From Takakia lepidozioides (lineage: Eukaryota; Plantae; Bryophyta), in NCBI GenBank assembly GCA_030704615.1, contig CM060731.1, positions 32,736,001 to 32,800,000 on the forward strand: a DNA stretch of 64,000 nt. Reading direction: 5' to 3'. Of the stretch, positions 13,606 to 25,362 are shown one piece after another (positions within the stretch are counted from its first letter, which is position 1; each line of letters opens with the position of its first letter). Below the pieces are notes generated by a model. The model was given only the letters and a program-made list of their open reading frames with translations, did no database searches and was not told where the DNA came from. Both the position numbers and the translations under genes were made by a program.

Positions 13606-14164
13606 GGGAACTGGTGGAAGCGGCGGACTGGTGTCACAGAACGACGACGCGCCGGGGGCAATGACGCCGATGGGATGAGAGCGGGGGTGGGGAGGGATTG
13701 TCCGAGCCCAACCGGCTGGCTGCCGGAGGCGGAGAACCGGCGGTACGGGGTGTCAGGGCTGGACCGTCCTGACGCGCCCACATTAAGTTCTTACATTATT
13801 CCTATTATCTTCCATTCATATCTGTAGAAGGAATGTGGTAGTAATAAGAGTGTCTTTCCTTATTTGCCTTATATGGGTGCATTTCTGGATGCCCAACTTG
13901 TGCACCTTATAAGCCAGAGATTAATCTACTTGAATAACACTCTTGCATGTGTATATTTTCAACACAAAGCTCGTTGCAAGAGCCAAGATATCCACTGCTG
14001 AGATTAGTTACTATTTTGCTACCTGCTCGCTTTATCTCATCCTGTTGTTAAACCTAAATCTTCCTGCAGTGTTTTTTTTTTTTTTTTCCCTAGCGTGCTG
14101 CACTGCTCGAGTCTTGCTCACTTTACCTACATAGTCACAAAATATCAAAGTTTTGTCAAATTAA

Positions 14165-14971
14165 CCCTTAAGTTCCCAAGCCATTTTTTGACTTTCTCCC
14201 AATTTTGGGTACCCGGCTGTAGTAAATTGCCCCTAGAAACCTACCAAAAATCATCCAGAGATTCCAGCCTTATAGCAATGGCCCCAGCTCATTTATGCAT
14301 GACATACCAAAAAATGAGCCAAGTCCACCGTGGAAATTGTGAGACTATAGCGTTGGCCGAGACCTCAAATATCAGGTCCCAAAGAAAAAGTGAGAAAGAA
14401 ATTGGTTTGACCAAATCAAAACCTAGCTTTGTCCAATTTTGCTTGCCCCAAGACTCACCATTTCCAAATCAATAGTGGAGTGGCTATGACCCCACTAAAT
14501 TGCAGGTCCAACTGATTTTTTCACCTATGGTTGCTATGCATGCAATTACATTGGGGTTGAAATCTCAAAATTGACAAGAGAAAATGTGCCTCCAAATGAA
14601 GTATTTTTTTTTCTACAAAATTTGTGTGTTTGTAATGCTCACACACCACAAGGTGAAGCGCTTTTTCCAAAATTGCTAATTTTCTGCAAAAATGGCCTTT
14701 GGAGTGCAATCTGTCCTGGGCTTGTTTACCTGCCATGTCAGCGGCCAACAAGCCATTTTCAGGCCCCAAAATGTAAATGAGAGATCTAAGATATTTTTTG
14801 TAGGTCGTAACATTTGTTTTTTTTTTTAAATTTTTTTTTTGCATCATACTCCAGACAAATCCCTTGTCATTAAAGCTTCAGGAGTGGGCCCCATCAAATT
14901 AGATCTGCAAAAATTAGGTCGAACTGGAAAATTCAAAGTGACCCCATTCGGGTCACTTGGGACCTTAAGGG
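14165..14971. mobile_element. Non-autonomous piggyBac-type element (MITE-like, 807 bp)
   Basis: TTAA at 14161-14164 and 14972-14975. 16-bp TIR CCCTTAAGTTCCCAAG versus revcomp CCCTTAAGGTCCCAAG (15/16). No credible ORF. Confidence 0.85.
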
Positions 14972-15009
14972 TTAAAGCCGAAGTTCTAGCCATGCTCTTT
15001 AACCATTTA

Positions 15010-16331
15010 GAGACTGACATATGTATCACTGTTGGATGCTCTCAAGCGATTCAGCTGCGCACTTATAACGTCCCTGTGAACTCGAACCTGTGACAGGTTT
15101 GGCGGGGCGTTGAAGCGTTCATCTTGTTTCAACAACTGTCTGGCGAGAAGAATGGGGCTGTCATGTGATGTGATGAAGCAGGAGGTGGCAGGCTCTAAGT
15201 GATCATGGCTACATGTGAATAGGATGTGATATCAAAAAGATTAGGGATTCTCTCTCTCTCCCTGGTGTGAACAGTCGTAGATATGAGCTGTGAACAGAGA
15301 TAGAGAAAATGGGCATCGAGAAAGTGCCGTAAGATTGAAGAACAGAGCTAGATCGGGGGAGAATTGTGCATGGTGTGGAGGTTGGGAGGACTGGATATAT
15401 TCCAGTACCATGTGCCATCGTTGTGAATTCATACTGTACCTGTCCAGGGAGTTTTAGATTGCTGGGACTCGAGCGGATGTTTGGCGTGAGTTGCTATTGT
15501 GTAATTGTACACAACTGGAATGAAGAAAGGTATTGCGAGCACTAAGTGTGTGACAGGAATGTGGCAAGAGCCACTGTGGGCTCTACTTCTTGATTGGGCC
15601 AAGAATTAGTTGGAGACAGACGGTGTGCATAGAAGAAGAAAAGAAAAATCAAATAGACCTGAACTACGAAGGGCTATTTGAGCCTGTAGGAATTGAAAGA
15701 CTGAGGAATGTGAGAGCACTGCCGCCCAGGCCAACATGCTGCTGCCTAGGCCTGGTTTCCCCATCTACGAAACTTTCGCCAACTATTATGGGGTGGAATG
15801 TCGGCACACCGACCTACTTCCAGAAAGAGACTGGGAAGTTGATCTGGATCAAGTGGCGTTACTAGTTGATGAGAACACTGCAGCTTGGATCATATGTAAT
15901 CCCAGCAACCCATGTGGCTCTGTGTACAATCACAGACACTTGGCAAAGGTGCGAACTATAATATAGTGGATGGACTGTTCTCGTTTAGGGGAAGATTCAC
16001 CGTCAAACGATTGATTGTTGGATGCCACAGTTTTAGTGTGCTTGTTTTCCCTTTATAATTTACTTCCTCTATCTCTCATCAAGATTCTAATAACATGTTC
16101 CCGCCAGGACAGATTGCAGCTGTTGCAGAGAGGCTCAGAGTCCCAATTATTTCGGACGAAATCTATGCACATTTGGTCTTTGGTGATACAGAGTTCACAC
16201 CGATGGCAACTTTCTCATTTGAAGTGCCAGTGCTCACTGTGGGGGGCATCTCAAAGAGGTGGCTCGCACCAGGCTGGCGCTTAGGGTGGATCATTGTTCG
16301 TGCCCCCAAAGGCATCCTAACTACAGCAAGG
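15010..16331 (+). pseudogene. Tyrosine/nicotianamine aminotransferase-like (class I/II PLP) fragment
   Basis: DICITVGCSQAIQL (~15010-15058), then ANMLLPRPGFPIYE...CNPSNPCG (~15730-15948), a GT-AG intron, and IISDEIY...GGISKRWLAPGWRLGW (16113-16331). 5' and 3' exons were not found. Confidence 0.85.
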
Positions 16332-17201
16332 GTTCGTGTTCTGCACTTGATTATCCTGCCCTTGCACAGTATTGAAACTACATCTGACAAAGGTATGAGT
16401 AACTGGATGCCATTAGCAGCCACACTTATCATCCTGTCTGAGCCTGCCAGCATCACCACATCACCATCTTGCGACAAAATTGTGCCTCCTCAACTGTCAT
16501 TCCGCAGCTCACTAGGGCTACTGTGATCAGCCTTGAGAGGACATGTCATTTGTGGCCACGATAGTGGACCTACCTAGACAGATGGAGGGCTTCAAGCCCA
16601 CCTTCTTTAGTCTTTGCGCTAGTTAGTGCTCACCTGTCAGGAAAAGTGGCGGGGCATCCGTTGATTATCTCGAAAAGCATCATTATTTCAGATAAAACAT
16701 GTCGCTAGCCTGCCAAATTGTTTTACAGACGAAAGAGCCTGTCAGAAGATCTCTCTAGATCTCATACATATCCCTCCGAAGCTCACCTTCATGAGGCGCT
16801 CCATCCATTCCTGAGTGACAGTGGGGTTAAATCAAGATCAGATGACCGCTCTACAAATGTCTGCATTCTGGAGGATATCTGTAATCTCTCTCCTCAGATA
16901 CTGAGATTGATTAGTGACGGTAATGAAACACTGCAATTGTGGGGGTTAGTGAGAGAGACAGAATCGTTCAGTTCCTTGAAAACGGTGGTCTCTCAAGTTG
17001 ATTCAAAAATCCACCACATGTGTACATGTAGATATGAATTGCTGTTTTTGCAGCAGAAGTGCAAGATCGACAAGCTGCCTATCTACACTACAACATCGAA
17101 CATGACTATTTCCGGAGTTATGGGTCCAGCTGCAATCTCCTCATTGACGAGGAACTTGGCTGGAGCTGCAGTACACAACAGACTGTACATATGAATGCAC
17201 T

Positions 17202-17299
17202 GACCAATGATCATCATGCGCTACTAACAGATCTCAGCTTCTCTAGTACAGACCAATGATCATCATGCTCTACTAACAGATCTCAGCTTCTCTAGTACA
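17202..17299. repeat. 49-bp tandem duplication (2 copies)
   Basis: GACCAATGATCATCATGC(G/T)CTACTAACAGATCTCAGCTTCTCTAGTACA occurs twice. Confidence 0.9.
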
Positions 17300-17518
17300 G
17301 CGCCATAGCGTAAGTAATGTACAGAGCTTTGAATCCCACACACTGATCAAGAGACCAAAATGAAATGAAGTGAAGTGTACGAGCTGCATGTTCGGGCGTT
17401 TTTATGAGTGTTGGATTCACCCTCATTCGAGAATTAAAAAACATCGTTGAACTGACGGTGTATCCTCCCAGGGCCTCTGGCATTCCCCATTTTTGTGGCA
17501 AAGCTCTCATCCTACAGG

Positions 17519-18505
17519 TCATGAAAGAAATAGAGCGACTACGAGTCCAGCCATCGTCGCGAAAACAGCAGCCGGCTTACTGATGAAGCTCTGCAAGCCC
17601 GCGGATGAGCCAGGGGCGTAAGGGTTATAATTATTCCCGGGCGATGGACTAGGACTCAGAGTTTGCGATCCAGTGCCAGGACTGCCAGAGTAACTCTGAA
17701 ACTTCCATGACCACACTTTGTGATGGACAGTGCCATTTCCAGTAGCCCCGGAGAAGCCCACATACATGTACTCATTAACAACAGTCGACAGATCAATTTC
17801 CACTGACAGAAGGGGTTCCTGGGGCTTGGGGAAATCAGTGTTGGTAAATTGACTGATTGAGATGTTGAGTTGATGGATCTGACTATCATACTGCACCCAT
17901 GCCTGAATGTGGTCGCCGGAAAAGAGCTCTACTGGCACAGAATCTGACGCTGCGGCTTGGGCGTTAACAGAATCCAAGCTGTTGATGTCGAGACCAACGT
18001 GATTGTCGTTTATGTCCAAGAACTCTGCATCCTGGTGGATATCAAACTCCACTGCAACTGTACGTTGAGAGCCGGTCGCAGCCACTGAAGGATTCAAGGT
18101 GCTAGCCTGGAGTACCCCTAGCCATGGCCCAGAGCTCCCTATCGTAGAATTATCTGAAGAAATGATAAATGCAAGCCCCTCTCCAGAAGATGGTGGGTCA
18201 GTAAGAACAGTTTCTATAGAAAAGATGAAAGTGGTATTAAAAGAAATGCTGGTCTGACCGGAAGGATCGATGAATTGTACTGGTGTCTCATACAAAGCTT
18301 TGCCCGAAGAAGTTTGCGTGAGCTCTAGGGCCAAATCATCAATCGATATGCTTGCATCCCCAAGAAGTGACAAGCTTCCATTGCTCCCTGAAAAGCCGTA
18401 GAAAGAGATGTCAGTCATCACGTCTTGACCGAAGGCACTCTCACTTGTAAGAACAACCGCGAGAAAGAATCCAATGAGCATTGCCCTTCCAAGAGAACGT
18501 GCCAT
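17519..18505 (-). CDS. Legume (L-type) lectin domain protein with signal peptide and GPI-anchor-like C-terminus, no kinase
   Basis: Intronless ORF from MARSLGRAMLIGFFLAVVL. Lectin motifs SFNTTFIFSI, GEGLAF, VAVEFD, DNHVGLDIN, EYMYVGFSGATG, HKVWSWKF. Ser/Pro linker and terminal hydrophobic stretch. Confidence 0.9.
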   Translation of the reverse strand: MARSLGRAMLIGFFLAVVLTSESAFGQDVMTDISFYGFSGSNGSLSLLGDASISIDDLALELTQTSSGKALYETPVQFIDPSGQTSISFNTTFIFSIETVLTDPPSSGEGLAFIISSDNSTIGSSGPWLGVLQASTLNPSVAATGSQRTVAVEFDIHQDAEFLDINDNHVGLDINSLDSVNAQAAASDSVPVELFSGDHIQAWVQYDSQIHQLNISISQFTNTDFPKPQEPLLSVEIDLSTVVNEYMYVGFSGATGNGTVHHKVWSWKFQSYSGSPGTGSQTLSPSPSPGNNYNPYAPGSSAGLQSFISKPAAVFATMAGLVVALFLS

Positions 18506-20150
18506 GCCACTTTTTCTACCATGGAGGCTCATCAGGCTACAGACGTATTGGTCGCATGCTGGCATTTTGTCACTTGGGTGCAATCCAGAGCTCTGTCTCA
18601 GCAACTCAAACTCGGGGCACAGCACTGCATCTCTGTTTCCTCAAGGTGTCCAAAGGACCTGCAGAAGCCTCGTAGAAGCTAACAACGGTGAATGTGATCT
18701 CAAGTTGATGTATCCGTCAGTGTTTGATACAAACGGGATCGAGAAAGAGGGGGTGTGAGAGAGAGATGAAGAGGAAGCCCCGAGAGAAAGAGATCAGATG
18801 TCAGTTAAGCAGTTCCATGTCCATCGACTTGGCAACAGCGCGTGGCGCTTGAAGGACAGTGAGAAACTGGGGAGAACTTTCACTGCGCCAGCCAGAGAGA
18901 GACTCCTGTGGGTAATGAGGATGAGATGATATACTGCCCAGGGAAGAGAGCAAACGTTCTACCGTCGACCCCAGACAGAGAAAAATACTGGTTTCCCAAC
19001 AATACGTAGACATATATTGTCTCTGGTATCTGAGAAGGGAGACAACCAGCGGGCCATGTAGACAGCAGAGCAGCGAGCTGTCACCTCCAGACCATTTCTG
19101 CAACCTGTCTCTTCCATTCTTTCTTTGTTGGCAATCATTGTTGTTGCCCAGGTTGTCAAAGCTGCTATGTACCGGGATACAGCTGGGGGAGCCTGGGGCT
19201 CAATCCCCATCTGTAGAAGCAAGCAATGCAATACACAGTATATACGCCTGTGCTAGTTTTGAATCATCACCAGTCAGTTTGGGTGCTGCTTAGATTACGG
19301 TATACCTACAGAGAATGGAAAAGCTGGCGACATTTGCATGCGCGTGGAGAGGGACAGACATACAGAGTACACAATCCTCGATGAGAAGTTTCAGGCATAA
19401 TTGATGTACTGATTGCTGAGTGGGCCATCCTACGCCGGCCCCAGCTCTGGACTGCAACTCGTGCAAACCAAACATGTTCGAACCGCAAGACCCCAATTCC
19501 AAGGTAAGTGAGAGCTCGTCAACCAACCCATCTTCACATCCAGCCTACACACTGACCGTTGGCCAGAATCAAGCCAGTGAGGACGGCGGTGTGGTGGGCC
19601 CATTATGCCTCCTCCACCTTTCCTGCAACGCTGTGCGTGTTTCCCCAGGTACGGATGTATGAGATTACTGTCCCACGTTCTTGCTCGGCGCATCTCACAC
19701 TCACAACTTGCAGAAAAATATATATAACTACTGATCATGCTTTTCACTTTCTGAGCACTTATCTGTCTCCCGAGAACCTAAGTCTAATTAGCCTAAATTA
19801 GTGAGCAGCAGGGAATCAAGGGAGGGTTTCGTTATATCACACAGAAGATCATGTTAACAGTGTTATAGATCCGGTATCTGTTTTACAAACAGGATGGCAT
19901 CTCTTTGGCATCCACATTCAGCCCTAAACCCTAATACTCTTCCACTTTGGCTTTGGTAAGTGTATTGTGGATGCTCTCCTCTCATCAGAGGCACAGACAC
20001 TTTTTGGTGTAGCGTGGTGTTGGGCATTCCGAAGGCCGTATCTTCTCCTTGCAGCGAATGGGCCGGAGGCATTGTAAAATGCAGAAAAACAGACTGCAGA
20101 AAAGGGTATCTAGCTGGGTCGCCACCCTTGCAATTTTTTGGGGGGTATCT

Positions 20151-20152
<2 letters not shown>

Positions 20153-20185
<33 letters not shown>
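20153..20185. repeat. (GA)n microsatellite
   Basis: About 16 GA units. Confidence 0.95.
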
Positions 20186-20188
<3 letters not shown>

Positions 20189-21536
20189 TTTAATGGAAAA
20201 CCTACCCTAGTGTTCCTCAATGAGTCTCAGGCAACGAGGAGCTGCTAAAGTTCTATGGTTGAGTGGTGGATTCATGCAGGCCAAACAATAAGGATAGAAA
20301 ATAGCTACTACATATGGAGAACATGAGCTTGTATCATGATGCAGTTTCACTTGGTTTGAGTTGTGAAGGATAATGATCTTTTTCTGTCCCACCCGTTGCA
20401 GTGGTTTAGGGTTGTGGTTGTGGTTAAGCTATGCGACCCAGCTGTCCAATTGTGGTCTTCAGAGATCCATCCACCATCGCAGGACTTCAGACCTAAGTGC
20501 ACGAAGGAGGTCTTTAGGATTGAGCTTTGGGTGACAGCAAAGCGAGCTGCAGATTGGGATGATGGATGGATAACAGGGTATGGTTCTCATTGTGGTGTGA
20601 ACGTTGGAGCTTCTTGAAATCCTCGGGACGGGAGCCCACGTTCTGGTCGAAGGATAGAAATTTTGTCAAACACTGGCTATGGGGGAATGTGAGTATCGCC
20701 CACAATCAGAATCTGTTCAAGGGTGGCCTTGGCCCCCACAAGCTCCTTCAGTATCTTCTGCCATATGTGTTACTTGTAACATGTCTGTATGTTGGTGTAG
20801 CTGACAGAGGAAGTGCTGAGAGTAACCTTACAAGATTGGTATCCAAACCTGGAATAGCAATTGGAAGCAGGCGAAAATCTCATATTCTTTGCACCGTTTT
20901 GCATGCAGGTCAACCAATCAGCCAAGAAGGGCTTTTGCAGGAGTTCTTCTCAGATGCTTCAGGGTGGTGGGACAATAGGTCAGGACTCGGAATTTTTGTT
21001 GGGCAGGACTTGGGATTGTAGATCTAGCAGCTTAGAAGTGACAATATTACTCCTTGTTGCTATCAGTATGGTGTTCGACTGGATTACAGGACATGGAAAT
21101 AGGTTGTTAAGATGGTATAGTTCTGGTGGTTATAGCGTGGTCTATGTGAGCCTGAGATTGAAGCTATTGTTGCTCAGCTGCCCAGTTTTCTTCTTTACAG
21201 AAAAGGGCCAGATCATCCGACATGAGACATGCACGCACCAAGGAGGTCGTTTGGATTGGGAGGTGTTCAGACACTCCTTGGGTGAAAGCAAAGCTAGCTG
21301 CCATGATACAAGGTTGAGCACAATCTGGTGATCGTTCCAATGTCAATGTACACCATGGAGCACCATGGTATTGCTTTGATGATGATTCAAGGGTCTTAAT
21401 TTAACAGATTGAATTGTCACAGCTTCTTGTTGAGTAGATGTAGTATGTCTTTCACTGTCCTAATATGTGATTGGGTGCATGAAAAGATCAATTACGCATC
21501 TAGGAGCTTTCTCTTGTCAGTTTTGAGTATGAAGTT

Positions 21537-23785
21537 TTGAAGAGTGTTGAGTCATGCAGGATTGAATCAGGTACAGTTAGTTATTGGAGGCCCAGGTGTA
21601 GCACTTCCACCATCCCTACTGCTTTTGAATGGGGACGAAGAGAGGAATTCAACAAGAGCACTTCCGGCTCTTGTGAGGACATCAGGATACTATGTAAAGT
21701 GGGGCGACTGAGAGAAGCTCTCCATATCTTAAGTCATCGAGGCATTCCAGCAGACTACAAGACTTACGTCTGTGTCTTGCAGGAGTGCATCAACACAAAA
21801 GGCTTATCAGAGGGAAAGGAGGTGCATGCCCACATAGTCCAAACTGGATGCAAGCTGAACATGCGTCTATGCAACCTCCTTCTCAACATGTATGTCAAAT
21901 GCAGGAGTATGGTGGCTGCACGCCAAGTGTTTGACAATATGCCTGAACAAGATGTCTTTTCATGGACTATAATGATTGCAGGGTATGCTAAGCATGGATG
22001 TAGTAGTATGGAGGGTTTCAAGCTCTATGAGCAAATGCAACGGAAAGGGGTGACACCCAACAGGGTGACATTCATTTGTGTCCTTAGTGTGTGTGCCAGC
22101 CTAGGAGCCCTGGAAAAGGGTAAAGAGGTCCATGATGAAATCGATAAAGCTGGAATTGAATCAGATATCATTCTGGAGAATACCATTGTTGACATGTATG
22201 CTAAATGCGGGAGCATGAAGGATGCACGTCAGGTGTTGGACAACATGGTTAAACGAGATGTCGTCTCATGGAGTGCAATCATTGCAGGATATGCTCAACA
22301 AGGATGTGGATTGGAGGCTTTGAAGAACTATGAGCAAATGCAACGGGAAGGGGTAACGCCGAACATGGTCACATTCATTTGCGTGCTCAATGCATGTTCC
22401 AGCCTAGGAGACTTGGAGAAGGGCCAACAGGTACATGCTGATGCTATCAAAGCTGGAATCATCTCAGATGTCATTGTGGAGACTGCTCTAGTTGATATGT
22501 ATGCCAAATGTGGGAGCATGAAGGATGCTTGTCAAGTTTTTGACAATATGACCAAACGAGATGTGTTCTCCTGGAACACCATGATTGCAGGATATGCTGG
22601 GCATGAGTGTGGTAGCAAGGCTTTCGAGTTCTATGAACAAATGCAACAGCAAGGGGTAGCATGTGACAGGGTCACATTCATCTGTATCCTCAATGCATGT
22701 GCTGGCCTAGGAGCCCTGGAAAAGGGCAAAGAGGTCCACGCTGACATCATGAAAGCTGGAACTGCACCATATATTAATTTGGAGAATGCCCTCATTAACA
22801 TGTATTCAAAATGCGGCAGCATAGAGGATGCACGGCAAGTGTTTGACAAAATGACTGAACGAGATGTAGTTTCATGGACTGCCATGATCACAGGATATGC
22901 TCAGCATGGCTGTGGTAGAGAGGTCCTCCAACTACTTAAAAAGATGCAAAAGGAGGGTTTGAAGCCGGACAAAATCACATTTACATCTCTTCTCTCTGCA
23001 TGTAGCCATGTGGGCCTAGTGGATGAAGGCTATCACTACTTCAACTCCATGAGTGAAGATCATGGTCTTACTCCTGCAGTGGAGCACTTCAGCTGTATGG
23101 TGGACCTTCTTGGCCGCGCAGGGCGATTGAATGAGGCAGAGGACTTTATTGACAAAATGCCAATCAAGGCACATGCTGGAGTATGGAGGGCCTTGCTTGG
23201 TGGCTGTAGAATTCATGCCGAAGTGAAGGTCGCAGAACGTGCGGCCAAAAAGGTTCTTCAAAGTAATCCATAGGACCCTGCAGCTTATGTGCTGCTATCA
23301 AACATGTATACTGCTGCTGGCAGGTGGGATGATAAAGGAAAAGTGAGGAAATGGAGGGTAGAATTGTGGTAAAGGAACCAGCATGCAGCTGCATTGAGAT
23401 TGACAACCAGGTGCATTCCTTCATTGTGGAAGACAAATTGCATCCACAAATAGATGAATTCAATGCTGAACTGAAGAGATTGTCTGGATTTATGAAGGAG
23501 GCAAGATATATACCTGACACAAACTTTGTATTTCACAGCAAAAGGAATCTTCTCTTTGCCACCAGTGAGAAGTTGGCCATTACTTTTGGGCTCATCAGCA
23601 CACCTCCTAGGATGCCTATCCACATAATCAAGAACCTTCAGGTGTGTGGCAATGGCCACACTGCCATCAAGTTGATTTCAAAGATTGTCGGTCGAGCAGT
23701 CATTGTTCGGGATGCCATCAGATTCCACCACTTCCAAGATGGGATGTGTTGCAAGAATTACTGGTGTATCAAGTCACATGCATGA
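21537..23785 (+). pseudogene. PLS-class PPR protein with E and degenerate DYW domain; PPR array open to 23273, then premature TAG and frameshift
   Basis: Repeated MYAKCGSMKDARQVFDNM/DVVSW motifs. TAG at 23271-23273 is followed in frame by DPAAYVLLSNMY. A frameshift near 23350 leads to a DYW-like region with TSEKLA, KNLQVCGNGH, RFHHF and CCKNYW. Start codon uncertain. Confidence 0.9.
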
Positions 23786-24285
23786 AAGAAAGTGTCTAGT
23801 TCTCTGCTGTAAATGGGATGGCTAAAGGGTGGTGATCTTTCTTAGCAAGATGAAGTTGAAAGGAACAGTTTGCATTCAAGGGAGTGCGTCCTGGTGTACA
23901 GTCAACCAAATTCATAAATATTTATTGAAGTGAATCAGATCTGGTCTGGAGGTTAGGAACCTTGGGTGCCAAATCCTGAGGTTCCATAAGATGCTATCCC
24001 ACTTGACTTTTATTTGCTGGTACATCTACAAGTTGTTGCTTCCTTCATTTGAAGTTTACTAGACATCAATGCTCAGTACAAAGTTGGTTGGAAGAGGGGT
24101 GACTTGTATACACACAGCAATCAACTTGTCTTTCTCTCTCGTCATTTGCATACTCCATCGCGACTCTCCCACCCCATCGGTTGCTCCTTGAGGAGTGTCC
24201 CTAAGGCTTTTCTTAGCGACTTGCTTCAGTATGTAACAATTCTGGCTGGTTAGGATTCAAAAGGTGGGCTAGCTTCTACATACCT

Positions 24286-25362
24286 TTACTCCCACTCCCA
24301 CAACTCCGAGTGTTGTCGTGCGACTGCCGGCCCCCATCGAGTCTTTGTTTCTTCTAAATCAACGAGCTCCAAGGTGCCAGACATGTACAGAGCTGTGGCT
24401 CGTTCTTCCCAGCCATGCGGCTCCACCTGCCAGATGGTGACAACCAAGAATCGTTCCTCTTGTCTTTCGGTAATCAGCACATCATAGTTCTCAAGAGCTT
24501 CTCCAATGTCAACCGAGTGCCTCCACACAAAGAATGGACTCCAGATCGTGTCCAGACCTGGTCTCAGCCATACATCGTTGTCAAATATAGGAAAGTCCTC
24601 TGGGTTTACAAAGCCTCTCTGCCTGAAACTTGCGTCTCTGATTGTACCCTCGCGATACCGGTTTCGGTTGATATGCGCAGGTGTCAGACCCACAAGAAGC
24701 TCAAGGATTCGGACTCTTAACAGTGGTTGTCCACTCAGACCAAACGTTGGTGGTAAGCTGAAGACTCGTTGTTGCACTTCTGGGTGTCTGATAACATCGG
24801 GCCCTGTGATAGGGATCACAGGCTGGCTCTGCAACTGATCTTCTGCTCCCACAGCATCTGAGTTTTGAGCTGACTGCGAGCTGCTATGGTGTACAGCTTC
24901 TCTGACAGCGCGTGCTCTGCCAAATGTTTGCCTTGAAGGCTCTCCTGGAATCACAGAGTCAGTTACATAAATGTTTGAAATACGCGGTACTAAGCTCGGA
25001 GTGGATACGACTGTGTTAGACAAGACTAGAGACTTTGATGGACACCCATTTTCTGAACTCACGAGCTCGGAAAAGGGGAGCAAACTTCTCTGTCTCTCTG
25101 ACCCTCTTGGCCTCCTGTGGGTGGAATGAATTTCTTCTTCGTCTCCTGATGAATCTGAGGTGCAAGAGAAGTTACTGGGACTAGCAGGGGGAGTGACAAA
25201 GACTTCCTCTTCGTGGAAACTTCCTCTAATGAAATGCCCTCTCTCTTCAGCTTTCCTCCCCATGAAGAAGGCCCCTACTACACTTGGGGGCGAACACGAG
25301 GTATGATTGCCACGCCGCCCATATCTTTCCTTTTTTGCACACAGATTCCAACACAAGCACAA
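24286..25362 (-). CDS. Uninterrupted 358-codon ORF of unknown function (possible ATG at 25263); possibly TE-derived
   Basis: Long open frame with a Ser/Pro-rich N-half and a Trp-rich, globular-looking C-half; no recognised domain. Confidence 0.4.
   Translation of the reverse strand: MCLCWNLCAKKERYGRRGNHTSCSPPSVVGAFFMGRKAEERGHFIRGSFHEEEVFVTPPASPSNFSCTSDSSGDEEEIHSTHRRPRGSERQRSLLPFSELVSSENGCPSKSLVLSNTVVSTPSLVPRISNIYVTDSVIPGEPSRQTFGRARAVREAVHHSSSQSAQNSDAVGAEDQLQSQPVIPITGPDVIRHPEVQQRVFSLPPTFGLSGQPLLRVRILELLVGLTPAHINRNRYREGTIRDASFRQRGFVNPEDFPIFDNDVWLRPGLDTIWSPFFVWRHSVDIGEALENYDVLITERQEERFLVVTIWQVEPHGWEERATALYMSGTLELVDLEETKTRWGPAVARQHSELWEWE

Larger units (their letters stand above)
4891..13780. 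mobile_element. Unclassified large repeat-rich element (GGGTTACA motif) carrying a Ulp1-like protease gene and a zinc-finger gene; left end lost
   Basis: Dense GGGTTACA/TGTAACCC motifs from ~5200 to 13605, decayed multi-exon genes, and a GC-rich hairpin end at ~13747-13780 followed by an abrupt switch to AT-rich DNA. No transposase is seen within the window. Confidence 0.55.

Noticed and set aside
23271-23273. Stop codon repaired by U-to-C RNA editing
   Set aside because: This is a nuclear gene and such editing is organellar; a downstream frameshift and lost zinc ligands remain regardless.
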